DNA of 64,000 nucleotides from Candidatus Latescibacterota bacterium (GCA_965203805.1 OZ241917.1:4448001-4512000); one strand, 5' to 3'; shown: positions 1 through 10,058, counted from the first letter of the stretch. A program made the numbers and translations. The notes: generated from the letters alone by a model not told the origin.

Positions 1-1
1 C

Positions 2-1678
2 AAGTGGACCACGCTGGCGGGAGTGACCTTTACACGGCGAACGATGGCCTGGAGCTACCCCGCCTGGGACGACTTCATCATTACGGAAATCGAGATTGAG
101 AATACGGGCGACAGCGACGGCGACGGCGAAAGGGACCTGCCCGCGGTAAGGCTGGAGGACGTCTATGTTCCCATCATCGGCGCCTGGATGATCTCGGACT
201 CGGGGCTCTCCCACTACAACCGGTCCGATAGCTGGCACTGGTACAACGTGGGCGGTCTCGACGACTGGATCGTGTATACGGAGAATGCCGGCTATTCGGG
301 TCCCGCAAAGGGTCTGAAGATGATCGTGGACTGGGACGGCGACAGTCCGGAGTTCCCCTGGGACGATACCGGCGATCCCGTCAACAAGCTGATTATTTCG
401 CCCTCTTGCGATACGGGCCGCAAGGACGGCGAATTCACCTCGTATCAGTATATGGGCTTCGGTCCGCTGGCGTACGAGGACGGCGGCGACTGGGGATTCA
501 ATACCCGGGACGCCGGCAAGTACGTGCAGCCCCAGGGCGACCAGCCCCACGCCGTACGCTTCTGGCGGATCGAAAGCACCACCGTGTCCGCGGACCCCCG
601 TCCCGGCGCGCACGACCGGGAGACCATGTACAATATGATCGCGGATGCCGGCTATCAGTCGAATCCGGACGAGATCGGCGTGCATTACAGCGCCCAGACC
701 TTCGGTCCGTACTCACTGGCGCCCGGCGACAAGGCCAAGCTCGTGGTGGCCTGGGTGGGCGGATCGGGCGCAGGGGAGAGCGACCTCTACACCTGGACGC
801 GGTCGCATCTTTACGACTTCGACGGGCTGAAGAAGGGCGAGGAATGGATGGTTGAGTTCTTCAAGCGCGCGAAGTGGGCCTATGACAACGAATACGATGT
901 GCCGGATTCGCCGCCCGACGTGTACGTGGCGGTGACAAACAGCCCGGACGCGCAGAACCTGCTCACCTGGAATTCGGCCGACGGCGCAATGAACCCGGAT
1001 TATGTCGGCGCCGACGCGCAGGACGTGGCGGGTTATCGCATTTACCGGTCCGAATGGAACCCGGATGGGCCCTGGACGAGGATCGGCGAGGTTCCGGCCG
1101 GGACGCATACGTATACGGATGTCGAGTCGGTAGCCGGCTTCAACTACTGGTATTCGGTAAGGCCGTTCGCCAGGGGCCACGAAGACTGGATGGGGCGCGT
1201 GGGCACGATGGCCACCCTTCCCGCGCTGGTGCAGGCACAGGTAAAGGCCGGCCTGGAAGGCGGCCAATGGGCCAGGTCCCAGCGCAAGCCGCCGTTCTTC
1301 AGCCCGAAGCAGCCCGCTGTGAGCGAGACCGAGGCGTTGGGCAGAGAGGTTTTCGTGGTGCCGAACCCGTTCCGGGTTGGCGACGCCAATCTGCAATATC
1401 CGGGCAAACCGCAGATCCGGTTCGTGAACGTGCCGAGCAAGGCCTGGATCTACGTGTTCAACAGCGCGGGCGACATGGTCGGAAAGATCCTGCACGACGA
1501 TCGCACGGATGCGCCCGACGATCCCAACGTCTGGCTGGGCGAAGCGCAGTGGGACCAGCTGGCGATGTCGCTGGGCACAGGGTCCATATCGGCAGGCGTC
1601 TACTTCTTCGTGGTGGAATCTCTCGTCTCCGAAAGCATGGGGAAAAAGCGGATTGGGAAATTCATGGTCATCCGATAG
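2..1678 (+). CDS. Large secreted protein, 5'-truncated by the window edge, with an FnIII-like segment and a T9SS-like C-terminal sorting domain
   Basis: Frame is open from the left edge (KWTTLAGVTF...). FnIII-like 'VAGYRIYRSE...YTDVES..GFNYWYSV'. C-terminus 'VFVVPNPF...IRFVNVP...IYVFNSAGDMV...SAGVYFFVVES...GKFMVIR*' resembles CTD sorting signals. Directly followed by a PorV/PorQ-like gene. Confidence 0.75.
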   Translation, partial: KWTTLAGVTFTRRTMAWSYPAWDDFIITEIEIENTGDSDGDGERDLPAVRLEDVYVPIIGAWMISDSGLSHYNRSDSWHWYNVGGLDDWIVYTENAGYSGPAKGLKMIVDWDGDSPEFPWDDTGDPVNKLIISPSCDTGRKDGEFTSYQYMGFGPLAYEDGGDWGFNTRDAGKYVQPQGDQPHAVRFWRIESTTVSADPRPGAHDRETMYNMIADAGYQSNPDEIGVHYSAQTFGPYSLAPGDKAKLVVAWVGGSGAGESDLYTWTRSHLYDFDGLKKGEEWMVEFFKRAKWAYDNEYDVPDSPPDVYVAVTNSPDAQNLLTWNSADGAMNPDYVGADAQDVAGYRIYRSEWNPDGPWTRIGEVPAGTHTYTDVESVAGFNYWYSVRPFARGHEDWMGRVGTMATLPALVQAQVKAGLEGGQWARSQRKPPFFSPKQPAVSETEALGREVFVVPNPFRVGDANLQYPGKPQIRFVNVPSKAWIYVFNSAGDMVGKILHDDRTDAPDDPNVWLGEAQWDQLAMSLGTGSISAGVYFFVVESLVSESMGKKRIGKFMVIR

Positions 1679-1715
1679 CCGGCGTGCGGCAATTCCGGGA
1701 AGGAGCGATAAGCTT

Positions 1716-2696
1716 ATGAAGCGGATACTATGCATGACACTGATGACCGTTCTCGCGGCCGGCGCATTCTGGGATTCGCCCGCGGAAGCGCGGGACGTCC
1801 CCGAGATCCTGAAGTCCGAGGATTTCCGAAAACTGGGACTGGCGTCGTTTCCATGGATGAAAGTGACCCAGTCTGCACGCGCGGCGGGTATGGGAGATGC
1901 GTTTACGGCCGTGTCGAACGACATCAACGCGATTTTTGCCAACCCGGCCGGCCTGGTCCACCTGAAGCGGTTCGGGTACCAGCTTTCCCACACCCGGTGG
2001 CTGGTGGACACCGGATTCTATACCGGCGCATTCGCATACAGGACGGGCTGGGGCGTGCTGGGCGTCAGTGTCGTGAACTACGACGTGGGCGATATGCCGG
2101 TGCGGACCATATTCAACCCCGAGGGAACGGGGGAAATGATCAAGGGCGGGGGAACGTCCGTCGGCGTGGCGTACGCGTTTCACGCGACCGACAAGCTGGG
2201 CCTGGGCATCCGGGGGGTGTATATTTCGGAGACCCTGCACGTGGACAATATGACCTCCGTTGTTCTCGACGCCGGGACCCACTTTTATACCGGTTTTCGC
2301 AGTTCACGTATCGCCCTGGCCATGCGGAACTTCGGGCCGGATACCAAGGTGCTGGCGGAAGACCAGAAATTCCTGATGCCGATGAATTTCGATATCGGCG
2401 TGGCGATGGAGCTCGTCGGCCAGATGGACGAACCGAATTATCTGACCGTCTCGTTCGGCAGTTCCTATCAGGTCGACTACGAGCAGCGATGGCAGGTCGG
2501 CGCGGAGCTCTGGCTGTCGGGCGCCGTTGCTCTCCGGACCGGGTACAAGTTCAACCACGACCTGGAAACGTACAGTTTCGGCGCGGGCTTCAAGGGCAAC
2601 TGGGGCGACCGGACGGTGCTGGTTGACGTCGCCTATACCGACGTCGGCGAGTTGCTGGACTCGCCGATCCGGTTCAGCATCGGCGGTGCATTCTAG
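1716..2696 (+). CDS. PorV/PorQ-family outer-membrane beta-barrel (FadL-like), 326 aa
   Basis: ATG at 1716 after AGGAG. Signal peptide MKRILCMTLMTVLAAGA. Hallmark 'SARAAGMGDAFTAVSNDINAIFANPAGL'. Terminal aromatic 'RFSIGGAF'. Confidence 0.85.
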   Translation: MKRILCMTLMTVLAAGAFWDSPAEARDVPEILKSEDFRKLGLASFPWMKVTQSARAAGMGDAFTAVSNDINAIFANPAGLVHLKRFGYQLSHTRWLVDTGFYTGAFAYRTGWGVLGVSVVNYDVGDMPVRTIFNPEGTGEMIKGGGTSVGVAYAFHATDKLGLGIRGVYISETLHVDNMTSVVLDAGTHFYTGFRSSRIALAMRNFGPDTKVLAEDQKFLMPMNFDIGVAMELVGQMDEPNYLTVSFGSSYQVDYEQRWQVGAELWLSGAVALRTGYKFNHDLETYSFGAGFKGNWGDRTVLVDVAYTDVGELLDSPIRFSIGGAF

Positions 2697-2748
2697 TACC
2701 GGGCGCCGGGGCGGCCCCTGTTGGGGGCCACTCGACGTAAACAGCGCT

Positions 2749-2810
2749 AACGGCGGCGCAATGTGTCTCCGGCCGGGTCGGCGGGAAGGGGCATTGGCCG
2801 CCGTTTTGTT
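2749..2810 (+). terminator. Long imperfect GC hairpin followed by a T-rich tract
   Basis: aacggcggc(g)caatg (2749-2763) pairs with cattggccgccgtt (2792-2805) and runs into ttttgtt, downstream of the porV-like gene. Confidence 0.4.
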
Positions 2811-2896
2811 ATCGAAACAGGGGCTGGCAGAGGAAGAGGCGGGGGCGGTTAGGGATCGACCGGGGGTCCATGGCATCAACCCGGCGCGGGGTGGTC

Positions 2897-3784
2897 ATGC
2901 GTGCCATCAGATTCTTGAACATATGTCTTGTTTGGTGGAGCGTTGCGGCTTGCGGCGGGGCGGATGAGCCGCCGACCAGCGCGGTGGAGGAACTCGACCC
3001 GAGTGTGGACAGGCCCCTTCCCGTGGGCCTGGTGAGGCTTTTCGGCGGCGTTGAGATGGTTCGGGTGCCCGCCGGCAATTTCACCATGGGCATGGAAAGG
3101 GGGCCTGCCGATCAGCAGCCGGCCCGGCAGGTGTACCTGAGCGCATTCTACATCGACCGGTATGAAGCGACCAATGCCCGGTATTTCAGGTTCTGGGCGG
3201 CTCCCGACGGCGGCAACCGGCAGCGGCATACGCCCGCCAGCCACGGATCCAGGAACGGCATCGGAGACTGGCCGGAACGGGCGGAAACCCGGCCGAACTT
3301 TCCGGTCGTGGGGATCAACTGGTTCGACGCGGCCGCGTACTGCGCCTGGCGTGGGGCCAGGCTGCCTACCGAGGCGGAGTGGGAGAAGACCGCGCGCGGC
3401 GACGAGGCGAGAGAGCCGTATCCCTGGAACAAGGGACTGAATGGATCCAGGGCGAATTACAGGGACGGCGACGACGGGTACGACAATACCCTGGCCCCGG
3501 TGGGAAACTATCCCGAGGGCGTCAGCTTTTACGGGGCGATGGACCTGGTGGGGAACGTCTGGGAGTGGTGCGCGGACTACTACGATTCCGAATACTACAA
3601 AGTGAGCGCCACCATCGGCCCCACGGGCCCGGAGCAGGGCGAGTTTCGCGTACTTCGGGGCGGGTCCTGGCGCACGGCCGCGGGACAGGACCCGAACAAG
3701 CTCAGCATCACGTACCGGAGCTGGTCGGATCCCTGGGGAGCCACCGACGGATGGGGCGTCCGGTGCGCGAGGGACGTAAACTGA
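2897..3784 (+). CDS. FGE-sulfatase (SUMF1/EgtB/PvdO) domain lipoprotein
   Basis: Lipobox-like 'VAACGG'. Motifs 'FTMG', 'FYIDRYEATNARY', 'RLPTEAEWEK', 'GNVWEWC', 'RGGSW', 'GVRCAR'. Confidence 0.9.
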   Translation: MRAIRFLNICLVWWSVAACGGADEPPTSAVEELDPSVDRPLPVGLVRLFGGVEMVRVPAGNFTMGMERGPADQQPARQVYLSAFYIDRYEATNARYFRFWAAPDGGNRQRHTPASHGSRNGIGDWPERAETRPNFPVVGINWFDAAAYCAWRGARLPTEAEWEKTARGDEAREPYPWNKGLNGSRANYRDGDDGYDNTLAPVGNYPEGVSFYGAMDLVGNVWEWCADYYDSEYYKVSATIGPTGPEQGEFRVLRGGSWRTAAGQDPNKLSITYRSWSDPWGATDGWGVRCARDVN

Positions 3785-3786
3785 AC

Positions 3787-4644
3787 ATGGTCGGCTGGAG
3801 GTGGCGTCGGGCGGCCGGGGTCTTCTGCCTGTTGTGTTGCGGATGCAATGGCGGGTCCCTCGTGGACGACCTCCCCGACGGGGTCTTCCTCGACCGCACG
3901 CCGGCGGGGACCGTGGACACGATGCTGGCGGTAACCGCAGGCGACTTTCTGATGGGAACGAACCGGGGATTCGACCCCGAGGGCCCCGCGCACGTCGTCT
4001 ATCTCAGTGCCTTTTACATTGACAAATACGAGGTGACCAACGCTCAATTCCGTGCGTATGCGCGCATTACGGGGGCGTCGTTGCCGCCGGAAAACCTGAA
4101 TCCGCTATTCTCCGAAGACCGCCAGCCGGTTGTGGGGGTGACGTGGACGGAAGCGGAGGCCTACTGCCATTGGCGGGGTGGACGTCTGCCCACCGAGGCG
4201 CAGTGGGAGAAAGCGGCCCGGGGGACCGACGGACGCACGTACCCGTGGGGCGAAGAAGCGCCCGGTGGGGACTTCGCAATCATGGACCTGGGCGGAAGGT
4301 GCGGGCGCACCAACTGGGCCGATCCTTCGGCGGGTCCGGTGCCCGGGGAATTCTGTCATACCATGCCCGTGGGTTCCAGGCCCAGAGGCGCGAGCCCGTA
4401 CGGGTTGCTGGACATGGCGGGCAATGCCTGGGAGTGGTGCAACGACTGGTACGACGATACTTACTACGGTCGAAGTCCGGGTGAGGATCCATCCGGCCCG
4501 GCGTCCGGGACGTTCCGTGTGGTCAGAGGCAGTTCCTGGCATCACCTGCCCCATTATCTGAAGACGTCGGCACGGTTCCGTTTTTATCCCGACCAGAGGG
4601 GCAATTTCATTGGTTTTCGCTGTGTTCGGGGCGTACATCAATAG
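3787..4644 (+). CDS. FGE-sulfatase (SUMF1) domain protein, probable lipoprotein
   Basis: ATG 2 nt after the previous stop. 'LLCCGC' lipobox-like. Motifs 'IDKYEVTNAQF', 'RLPTEAQWEKAARG', 'DMAGNAWEWC', 'IGFRCVR'. Confidence 0.9.
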   Translation: MVGWRWRRAAGVFCLLCCGCNGGSLVDDLPDGVFLDRTPAGTVDTMLAVTAGDFLMGTNRGFDPEGPAHVVYLSAFYIDKYEVTNAQFRAYARITGASLPPENLNPLFSEDRQPVVGVTWTEAEAYCHWRGGRLPTEAQWEKAARGTDGRTYPWGEEAPGGDFAIMDLGGRCGRTNWADPSAGPVPGEFCHTMPVGSRPRGASPYGLLDMAGNAWEWCNDWYDDTYYGRSPGEDPSGPASGTFRVVRGSSWHHLPHYLKTSARFRFYPDQRGNFIGFRCVRGVHQ

Positions 4645-4672
4645 CCTGTGCAGGGGCGTCGGAGGCCGGGGG

Positions 4673-5785
4673 TTGTGCGTGTTCGCGGTCTTCGTGTCGA
4701 CGGCGCAGCCGCTGTGCGCCGGCACCGAAAAGGCCACCCTGGACGACAGCGTCGCGATCAGGTTGTACCCGGCGATCGGCGTGGCCCATTCGACGTTGAC
4801 GAGATCCGGGGCGGGTGCGACACAGGGCGCGTTTCCCCTGTTCGCCGAAGCCGCCGGACTTCTGGCCGGAAGCCGGGATGAGAACGGAGCGGGATGGAAC
4901 CTGACGCGGGAGACGATAGACCTGTCGGTCACGCGCCTGCGTAAGGCCCTGGCGGAGGCGCCGGGATTCGCCGCCGCACACTACCTGCTGGGCCTGTTGG
5001 AGGCGCGGCGACGCCGGTACGGGGAGGCGATGGCCGCCTGGCGGCGGGCCGCGCAGGTGGGGCCCCCGTTTTCGGTCGATCCTATGAAAGCGCTGTTCCT
5101 GCGAACGGTGTCCCGTTCTCAGACCGCCGCGGCGAAGGTTGCGAGGGGCACGCAGTATCTGGATCGGGGGAAAGTTCAGGAGGCCGGCGCAGCCTACGGG
5201 GGCGCCGCCGCGATGATGCCGGACTATGCCGAGGCCCATGCGAACCTGGGCCTTGTCCATATGCTCTTGGGGGATCTCGATGGAGCCGTTTCCCGCCAAC
5301 TCGAAGCCATTCGGCTGAACCCCGGTCTCGCTGAGGCGTTTTATAACCTGGGCAATGCGTATTCCCGGCTGGGACGGTACGCGGAGGCGGTGCCGGCGTT
5401 CCGGGAGGCCATCCGGTTGAAGCCGGAAAGCGCGCCGCCCGATTCCGTCGTGTCGAATGTCGACGCGCATCAGGGGGCGTATACCCGGTCGGTGGCCGGG
5501 TACCAGCATGCCAGGCGCTACGCCGGTCTGGCGAACGCGTATTTCAATCTCGGCGACGATAAAGCGGCGATTGAGGCGTACATCCGCGCGGTCGGCCTCG
5601 CGCCGGACTTTGCCGACGGGCATTACAATCTTGGCGTCGTCTACGAACGGACGGGAGACGTGGCAAGCGCTATCCGCCACTGGCGGGAATATATGAGACT
5701 CGCCCGAAACGATCCGGCGCAACAGGCATGGGTTGCGGACGCCAGGACGAGACTGGATCGGCTGGAGAATTCGCGAAAAAAGTGA
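4673..5785 (+). CDS. Tetratricopeptide repeat protein
   Basis: TTG start 7 nt after GGAGG. Repeats such as 'PDYAEAHANLG', 'PGLAEAFYNLGNAY', 'PDFADGHYNLGVVY'. Confidence 0.85.
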   Translation: MCVFAVFVSTAQPLCAGTEKATLDDSVAIRLYPAIGVAHSTLTRSGAGATQGAFPLFAEAAGLLAGSRDENGAGWNLTRETIDLSVTRLRKALAEAPGFAAAHYLLGLLEARRRRYGEAMAAWRRAAQVGPPFSVDPMKALFLRTVSRSQTAAAKVARGTQYLDRGKVQEAGAAYGGAAAMMPDYAEAHANLGLVHMLLGDLDGAVSRQLEAIRLNPGLAEAFYNLGNAYSRLGRYAEAVPAFREAIRLKPESAPPDSVVSNVDAHQGAYTRSVAGYQHARRYAGLANAYFNLGDDKAAIEAYIRAVGLAPDFADGHYNLGVVYERTGDVASAIRHWREYMRLARNDPAQQAWVADARTRLDRLENSRKK

Positions 5786-7515
5786 GACGCTCCGGGATCA
5801 TATGGGTTGTTTTCGCGTTCCTGACGTGCGTGGAGGGAGAGTGCCTCGCCCAGGGTGTGATCTTCAAGGATGTGACCCGGTCCGCCGGGATCCGGTTCAG
5901 GCACGACAACGGCGGTTCCGGCAGGGAATATATGCCGGAAACGATGGGTTCCGGATGCGCGTTCTGGGACTATGACGGGGATGGGGATGCGGATATTCTC
6001 CTGATCAACTGCAGCCCGCTTCAGGAGCGCGGACCCGAACCGCCATCCACAATGGCGCTCTACAGGAATGACGGAGAAGGGCGCTTTTCGGACGTTACGG
6101 CCCGGGCGGGGCTCGATCGCCCCATGTACGGGATGGGCTGCGCGGCAGGGGATTACGACAACGACGGAGACAGCGACCTCTACGTGGCCAGCCTGGGCGC
6201 GAACCGGCTCTTCCGGAATCGGGGCGACGGGAGGTTCGAGGACGTCACGGGGCAGATGGGGGTGGGAGATTCGACGTGGAGCGTGTGCGCGGTCTGGCTG
6301 GACTACGATCGGGACGGCGACCTGGACCTGTTCGTGGGAAACTATCTGCAATGGTCGGCGGCAAGGGATGACTGGCTTTCGGAGCGTTCCAACGCGCGGT
6401 CTTACGCCCCGCAGCTGTACGATCCCGAGTATTCGCGGCTCTACCGCAACGACGGAGACCGTTTCAAGGACGTCACGAACGCATCCGGAATCGGCGCAAA
6501 GCCGGGAAAGGGCATGTCCGCGATTGCCCTGGATTACAATGGCGACGGATGGTCCGACATCCTGATGTCCAACGACACGATGCCGGACTATCTGTACCGC
6601 AACAACGGGGACGGCACCTTTACGGAGGACGGGCTTCTGGCCGGCGTGGCGTACAGCGCTGCCGGAGAGGCGAAATCGGGGATGGGGGTCGACGCCGGAG
6701 ATCTGCGCAATACCGGCCGGGAGGACGTGGCCATTGGGAATTTCGCCTTCGAGATGATATCGCTGTTCGGGAACCAGGATGGCGCGTACTTCACGGATAA
6801 GACCCTGCCTTCGGGCGTGGGACACCCCAGCGCGCCTTTCGTCACCTTCGGAGTTTTCTTTTTCGACTACGATCTGGACGGCCACCTGGATCTTTTCGCG
6901 GCAAACGGGCACGTTGACAGCCGGATTCACCGGGCCAAATCGCATCTCAGCTATGCCCAGCGCCCGTTACTTTACAGGAACAGGGGCGGCGGCAGTTTCG
7001 ACGAAGTGGGGGGGACGAGCGGCGATCTGTCGCATCCGATGGTGGGGCGCGGCGCCGCGTATGCCGACTATGACGGAGACGGCGATCTGGACGTGCTCGT
7101 TTCCGCCAACAACGGCCGTCCAGCGCTACTGCGCAACGAAGGCGGCACCCGGAACCGCTGCCTGAGGGTCAGGCTGATCGGCGGCGGTGCTTCCGCCGGC
7201 CCCCGGCTTCGGAAGCCGCCCGGAGAACAGTCGTGGTCCAACCGTGACGGGATCGGCGCGAGGGTGCGCGTAAGGTCGACGGACTCCGTGCAGACACGGT
7301 CCGTAAGGGCGGGGTCCAGCTACTGTTCGCAAAGTGAGCGAATATTGACGTTCGGGCTGGCGGCCGCGGGGTCCGCCGATGAAGTCGAGGTGGTCTGGCC
7401 TTCCGGTCGTGTAGAACGAATCGACAATGTTCCAGCAGGGCAGACGGTGACCGTTCGGGAGGGGCGGGGAATCGTTGCCAGAACGCCGCTGAGAGCCGTA
7501 CCCGCGGCGGATTGA
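5782..7515 (+). CDS. CRTAC1-family protein (FG-GAP repeats + ASPIC/UnbV)
   Basis: GTGA overlap with the TPR stop. Many 'DYDxDGDxDL' repeats. C-terminal 'SNRDGIGARV...SSYCSQS...FGL...VVWPSG' ASPIC/UnbV motif. Confidence 0.92.
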   Translation: MRRSGIIWVVFAFLTCVEGECLAQGVIFKDVTRSAGIRFRHDNGGSGREYMPETMGSGCAFWDYDGDGDADILLINCSPLQERGPEPPSTMALYRNDGEGRFSDVTARAGLDRPMYGMGCAAGDYDNDGDSDLYVASLGANRLFRNRGDGRFEDVTGQMGVGDSTWSVCAVWLDYDRDGDLDLFVGNYLQWSAARDDWLSERSNARSYAPQLYDPEYSRLYRNDGDRFKDVTNASGIGAKPGKGMSAIALDYNGDGWSDILMSNDTMPDYLYRNNGDGTFTEDGLLAGVAYSAAGEAKSGMGVDAGDLRNTGREDVAIGNFAFEMISLFGNQDGAYFTDKTLPSGVGHPSAPFVTFGVFFFDYDLDGHLDLFAANGHVDSRIHRAKSHLSYAQRPLLYRNRGGGSFDEVGGTSGDLSHPMVGRGAAYADYDGDGDLDVLVSANNGRPALLRNEGGTRNRCLRVRLIGGGASAGPRLRKPPGEQSWSNRDGIGARVRVRSTDSVQTRSVRAGSSYCSQSERILTFGLAAAGSADEVEVVWPSGRVERIDNVPAGQTVTVREGRGIVARTPLRAVPAAD

Positions 7516-7529
7516 GAAAAGGGCATATC

Positions 7530-10001
7530 ATGGACACCAGACATCGATTCCAGCCTCTCCGTATTGTGCGACGCTTCATTCCGCTTCTAATAATCGGCTT
7601 GAGTGCATCGGCGGCGGCCGGTTCGCTTTCGGTGCGAGACTCGCTGCTCGCCGTTGCGGAGCGCCAGTTGGACGGGCGTCAACACGCCGAGGCCGTGGAC
7701 ACGTTGTCCCGGATTGCCGAATCCTTTCCGGATGATGGGCATATCCTCACGCGCCTGGGGTACGCGCAACTGAGGATTCAGGAATTCGAGGCGGCCAAGG
7801 AGTCCTTTCAGTCGGCCCTTGAGCTGGATGAGGACAATGCGGCGGCTCATGCGGGGCTCGCGCTTTCCTACGCGGAGATTCCCGCCAAGGGGATCAGCGC
7901 CCTGCATAACTTCCGGCGGGCGGTCGGCGCCGCTAAGAAGGCCATCGAACTGGATCCCAACCAGGCCGTCGCCTACCGGGCGCTGGGAGAGGCGCATGCG
8001 CGTTTCAAAGAGGACCACGAGAAGGCGCTCGGGTATTTCGAGACCTACCTGGAAAAGGAGCCGGACGATCCGGACGGCCTTTTTTATTTCGGCCTGGCGT
8101 GTATCGAGGCCGAAGCCTACGACAAGATCTCGGACCACATCATTCCCCACGTCGAGGCGCTCGTCGGGGAGACCCGGCTGCTGCCGATGATCGCGCAGGG
8201 ATACTTCTTCGAGGAGAAGTACGAAGAGGCACAGAAGTACTTCGAACGTTTTCTCGAGCGATCGAGCGAGGAAGAGCAAGCTCTATACGCGGATATCGCG
8301 TATGCCGCTTCTCCCGAGGAACTTCGGGAATACGCTGCGTTGACGGGAGAATCAGACCGTCAAGCCTACGTGGAGCGGTTCTGGCTCCGGCGAGACCCCG
8401 ATATGATGACCCGTGTCAACGAACGCGTCGTGGAACACTACCGGAGAGTCTGGTATGCGCGCGCCTTTTTTGCGGAGAAAGTTTCACCCTGGGACAAGCG
8501 GGGTGAAGTCTACATCCGGTACGGGAAGCCGGACTACCGGTCGCGGTCGTATCAGCGCGACCTGACGCTTACTCCCGACGTGGAGGCGGTCCGCATGCGC
8601 ATGGCAGCCAGTCTCTACGGCGCCGAGGCTTCCTTCATGACGTTTACCGGCCCGGTGTTTCCCATCCGGGCGTTTCGCCATCCCATCACCCGGCGAACGC
8701 TGGACGAAATGCACGGGTTCGGTTCCGCCGATCAGCGCGACGCCACGTTTCAGGAGGACGACTTCAGGACAAATGCGGATGCTGCGGATGAAGAGGAGTT
8801 TCAGGAACGCGACCTGGAAGGGACCCCGCTGACCGCGCCGCTTACCCGGAGTGACTACGACGACCAGGACGGTGCGAGGTTCGACGAGTTCGGAAACCAG
8901 ATCGCCCGGATCAAATTCGGCGACTACATTCCCGTGACAATTCACACCGATATGGCCACCGTACCATGGGAAACCTGGATCTATACCCAGGTTCAGGGGG
9001 GTATCGAGATCGTGTTTACGGACGAGAACAAGAGCGGCGTGTTCAATTTCGCCCCGATTCCGCCCGTGACTGCCCTGGAAAGACAGATCGTCAATGTGAC
9101 CCGCCTGGTCAGATACGCGCCGGAGATCATATACCAGAATGCCAGGAACGAAACGCCCGACTATTACCGGCCGGGCGTCCATGGACCGGCGCTGAATTTC
9201 TATTACGATCTGGCCAACTTCCAGGGCGCCGACGGGGAGACAAACGTTGAAGTCTACTATGGCATTCCACCCGAACAGGTGCAGATTGCCGAGCAGGCGG
9301 ATTCCGCGCAGGTCCGGGTCCAGTGCGCGATGGCCCTGGCTGACGCCGCGCACACAATGATTTATCGGGACACGCGGGAGTTCAACTACGAAGGACGGGC
9401 TGATTTCGACAGGGTCAGAGGCGCATTCCTGCCCGAAATGCTTAAAACCGGGGTGCCGCCAGGCAAATACGAACTCCAGGTGCAGATCAAGGATTTGGCC
9501 TCGGGACATACCGGGCTCTACAAGCAGGCTGTCGAGGTTCCCGATTATAACGTCGAGAAACTCAAGATCAGCGATATCCTGCTGGCTTCGGAAATCCGCG
9601 AAACGGATTCGGCGGGCAAGTTCAAAAAGGGCGATATTCGAGTCGTCCCGATGCCCACGAGGAATTACAGGGAGGCGCAGAAGGTATATGCCTACTACGA
9701 AATTTACAACCTCAAGAAAAACCGTTTCGGGCAGACCGATTACGAGGTGAAATACGTCGTCCGAAACGTCGTCGGGAGGTCGGAAGGCGTCGTTGGCGCC
9801 CTCACTTCGCTTTTCAAGCGCAGGAAGACGCAGGTGTCGGTTGCGTACGACCACGCGGGAACCGCCACCACCGAACAGCAGTACTTTGAGATCGACCTGG
9901 ACAAAGCCAAGCCCGGCGTTCAGGTCCTCGAGGTGAAGATCATGGACAGGGTCAGCGGCAAGAGCGACACCCGCGAGATTCAATTCCGCTACGGAATCTG
10001 A
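7530..10001 (+). CDS. TPR + GWxTD-domain-containing protein
   Basis: Signal peptide and N-terminal TPRs. 'ERFWLRRDP...NERVVEHYRRVWYA...WDKRGEVYIRYGKPD...WETWIY...FTD' GWxTD fold. C-terminal Ig-like domains. Confidence 0.85.
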   Translation: MDTRHRFQPLRIVRRFIPLLIIGLSASAAAGSLSVRDSLLAVAERQLDGRQHAEAVDTLSRIAESFPDDGHILTRLGYAQLRIQEFEAAKESFQSALELDEDNAAAHAGLALSYAEIPAKGISALHNFRRAVGAAKKAIELDPNQAVAYRALGEAHARFKEDHEKALGYFETYLEKEPDDPDGLFYFGLACIEAEAYDKISDHIIPHVEALVGETRLLPMIAQGYFFEEKYEEAQKYFERFLERSSEEEQALYADIAYAASPEELREYAALTGESDRQAYVERFWLRRDPDMMTRVNERVVEHYRRVWYARAFFAEKVSPWDKRGEVYIRYGKPDYRSRSYQRDLTLTPDVEAVRMRMAASLYGAEASFMTFTGPVFPIRAFRHPITRRTLDEMHGFGSADQRDATFQEDDFRTNADAADEEEFQERDLEGTPLTAPLTRSDYDDQDGARFDEFGNQIARIKFGDYIPVTIHTDMATVPWETWIYTQVQGGIEIVFTDENKSGVFNFAPIPPVTALERQIVNVTRLVRYAPEIIYQNARNETPDYYRPGVHGPALNFYYDLANFQGADGETNVEVYYGIPPEQVQIAEQADSAQVRVQCAMALADAAHTMIYRDTREFNYEGRADFDRVRGAFLPEMLKTGVPPGKYELQVQIKDLASGHTGLYKQAVEVPDYNVEKLKISDILLASEIRETDSAGKFKKGDIRVVPMPTRNYREAQKVYAYYEIYNLKKNRFGQTDYEVKYVVRNVVGRSEGVVGALTSLFKRRKTQVSVAYDHAGTATTEQQYFEIDLDKAKPGVQVLEVKIMDRVSGKSDTREIQFRYGI

Positions 10002-10016
10002 GTCGACGGGCTGTTA

Positions 10017-10058
10017 AGATAGAAACAGGGCGCAGTACACTGCGCCCTGTTTCTATCT
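10017..10058. terminator. Perfect 20-bp inverted repeat, probably a bidirectional intrinsic terminator
   Basis: agatagaaacagggcgcagt (10017-10036) / ac / actgcgccctgtttctatct (10039-10058), just after the GWxTD stop codon. Confidence 0.8.

Noticed and set aside
2897-4644. True formylglycine-generating enzymes or DGR target genes
   Set aside because: Catalytic cysteines are absent; no reverse transcriptase or adenine-variant template repeat seen in the window.
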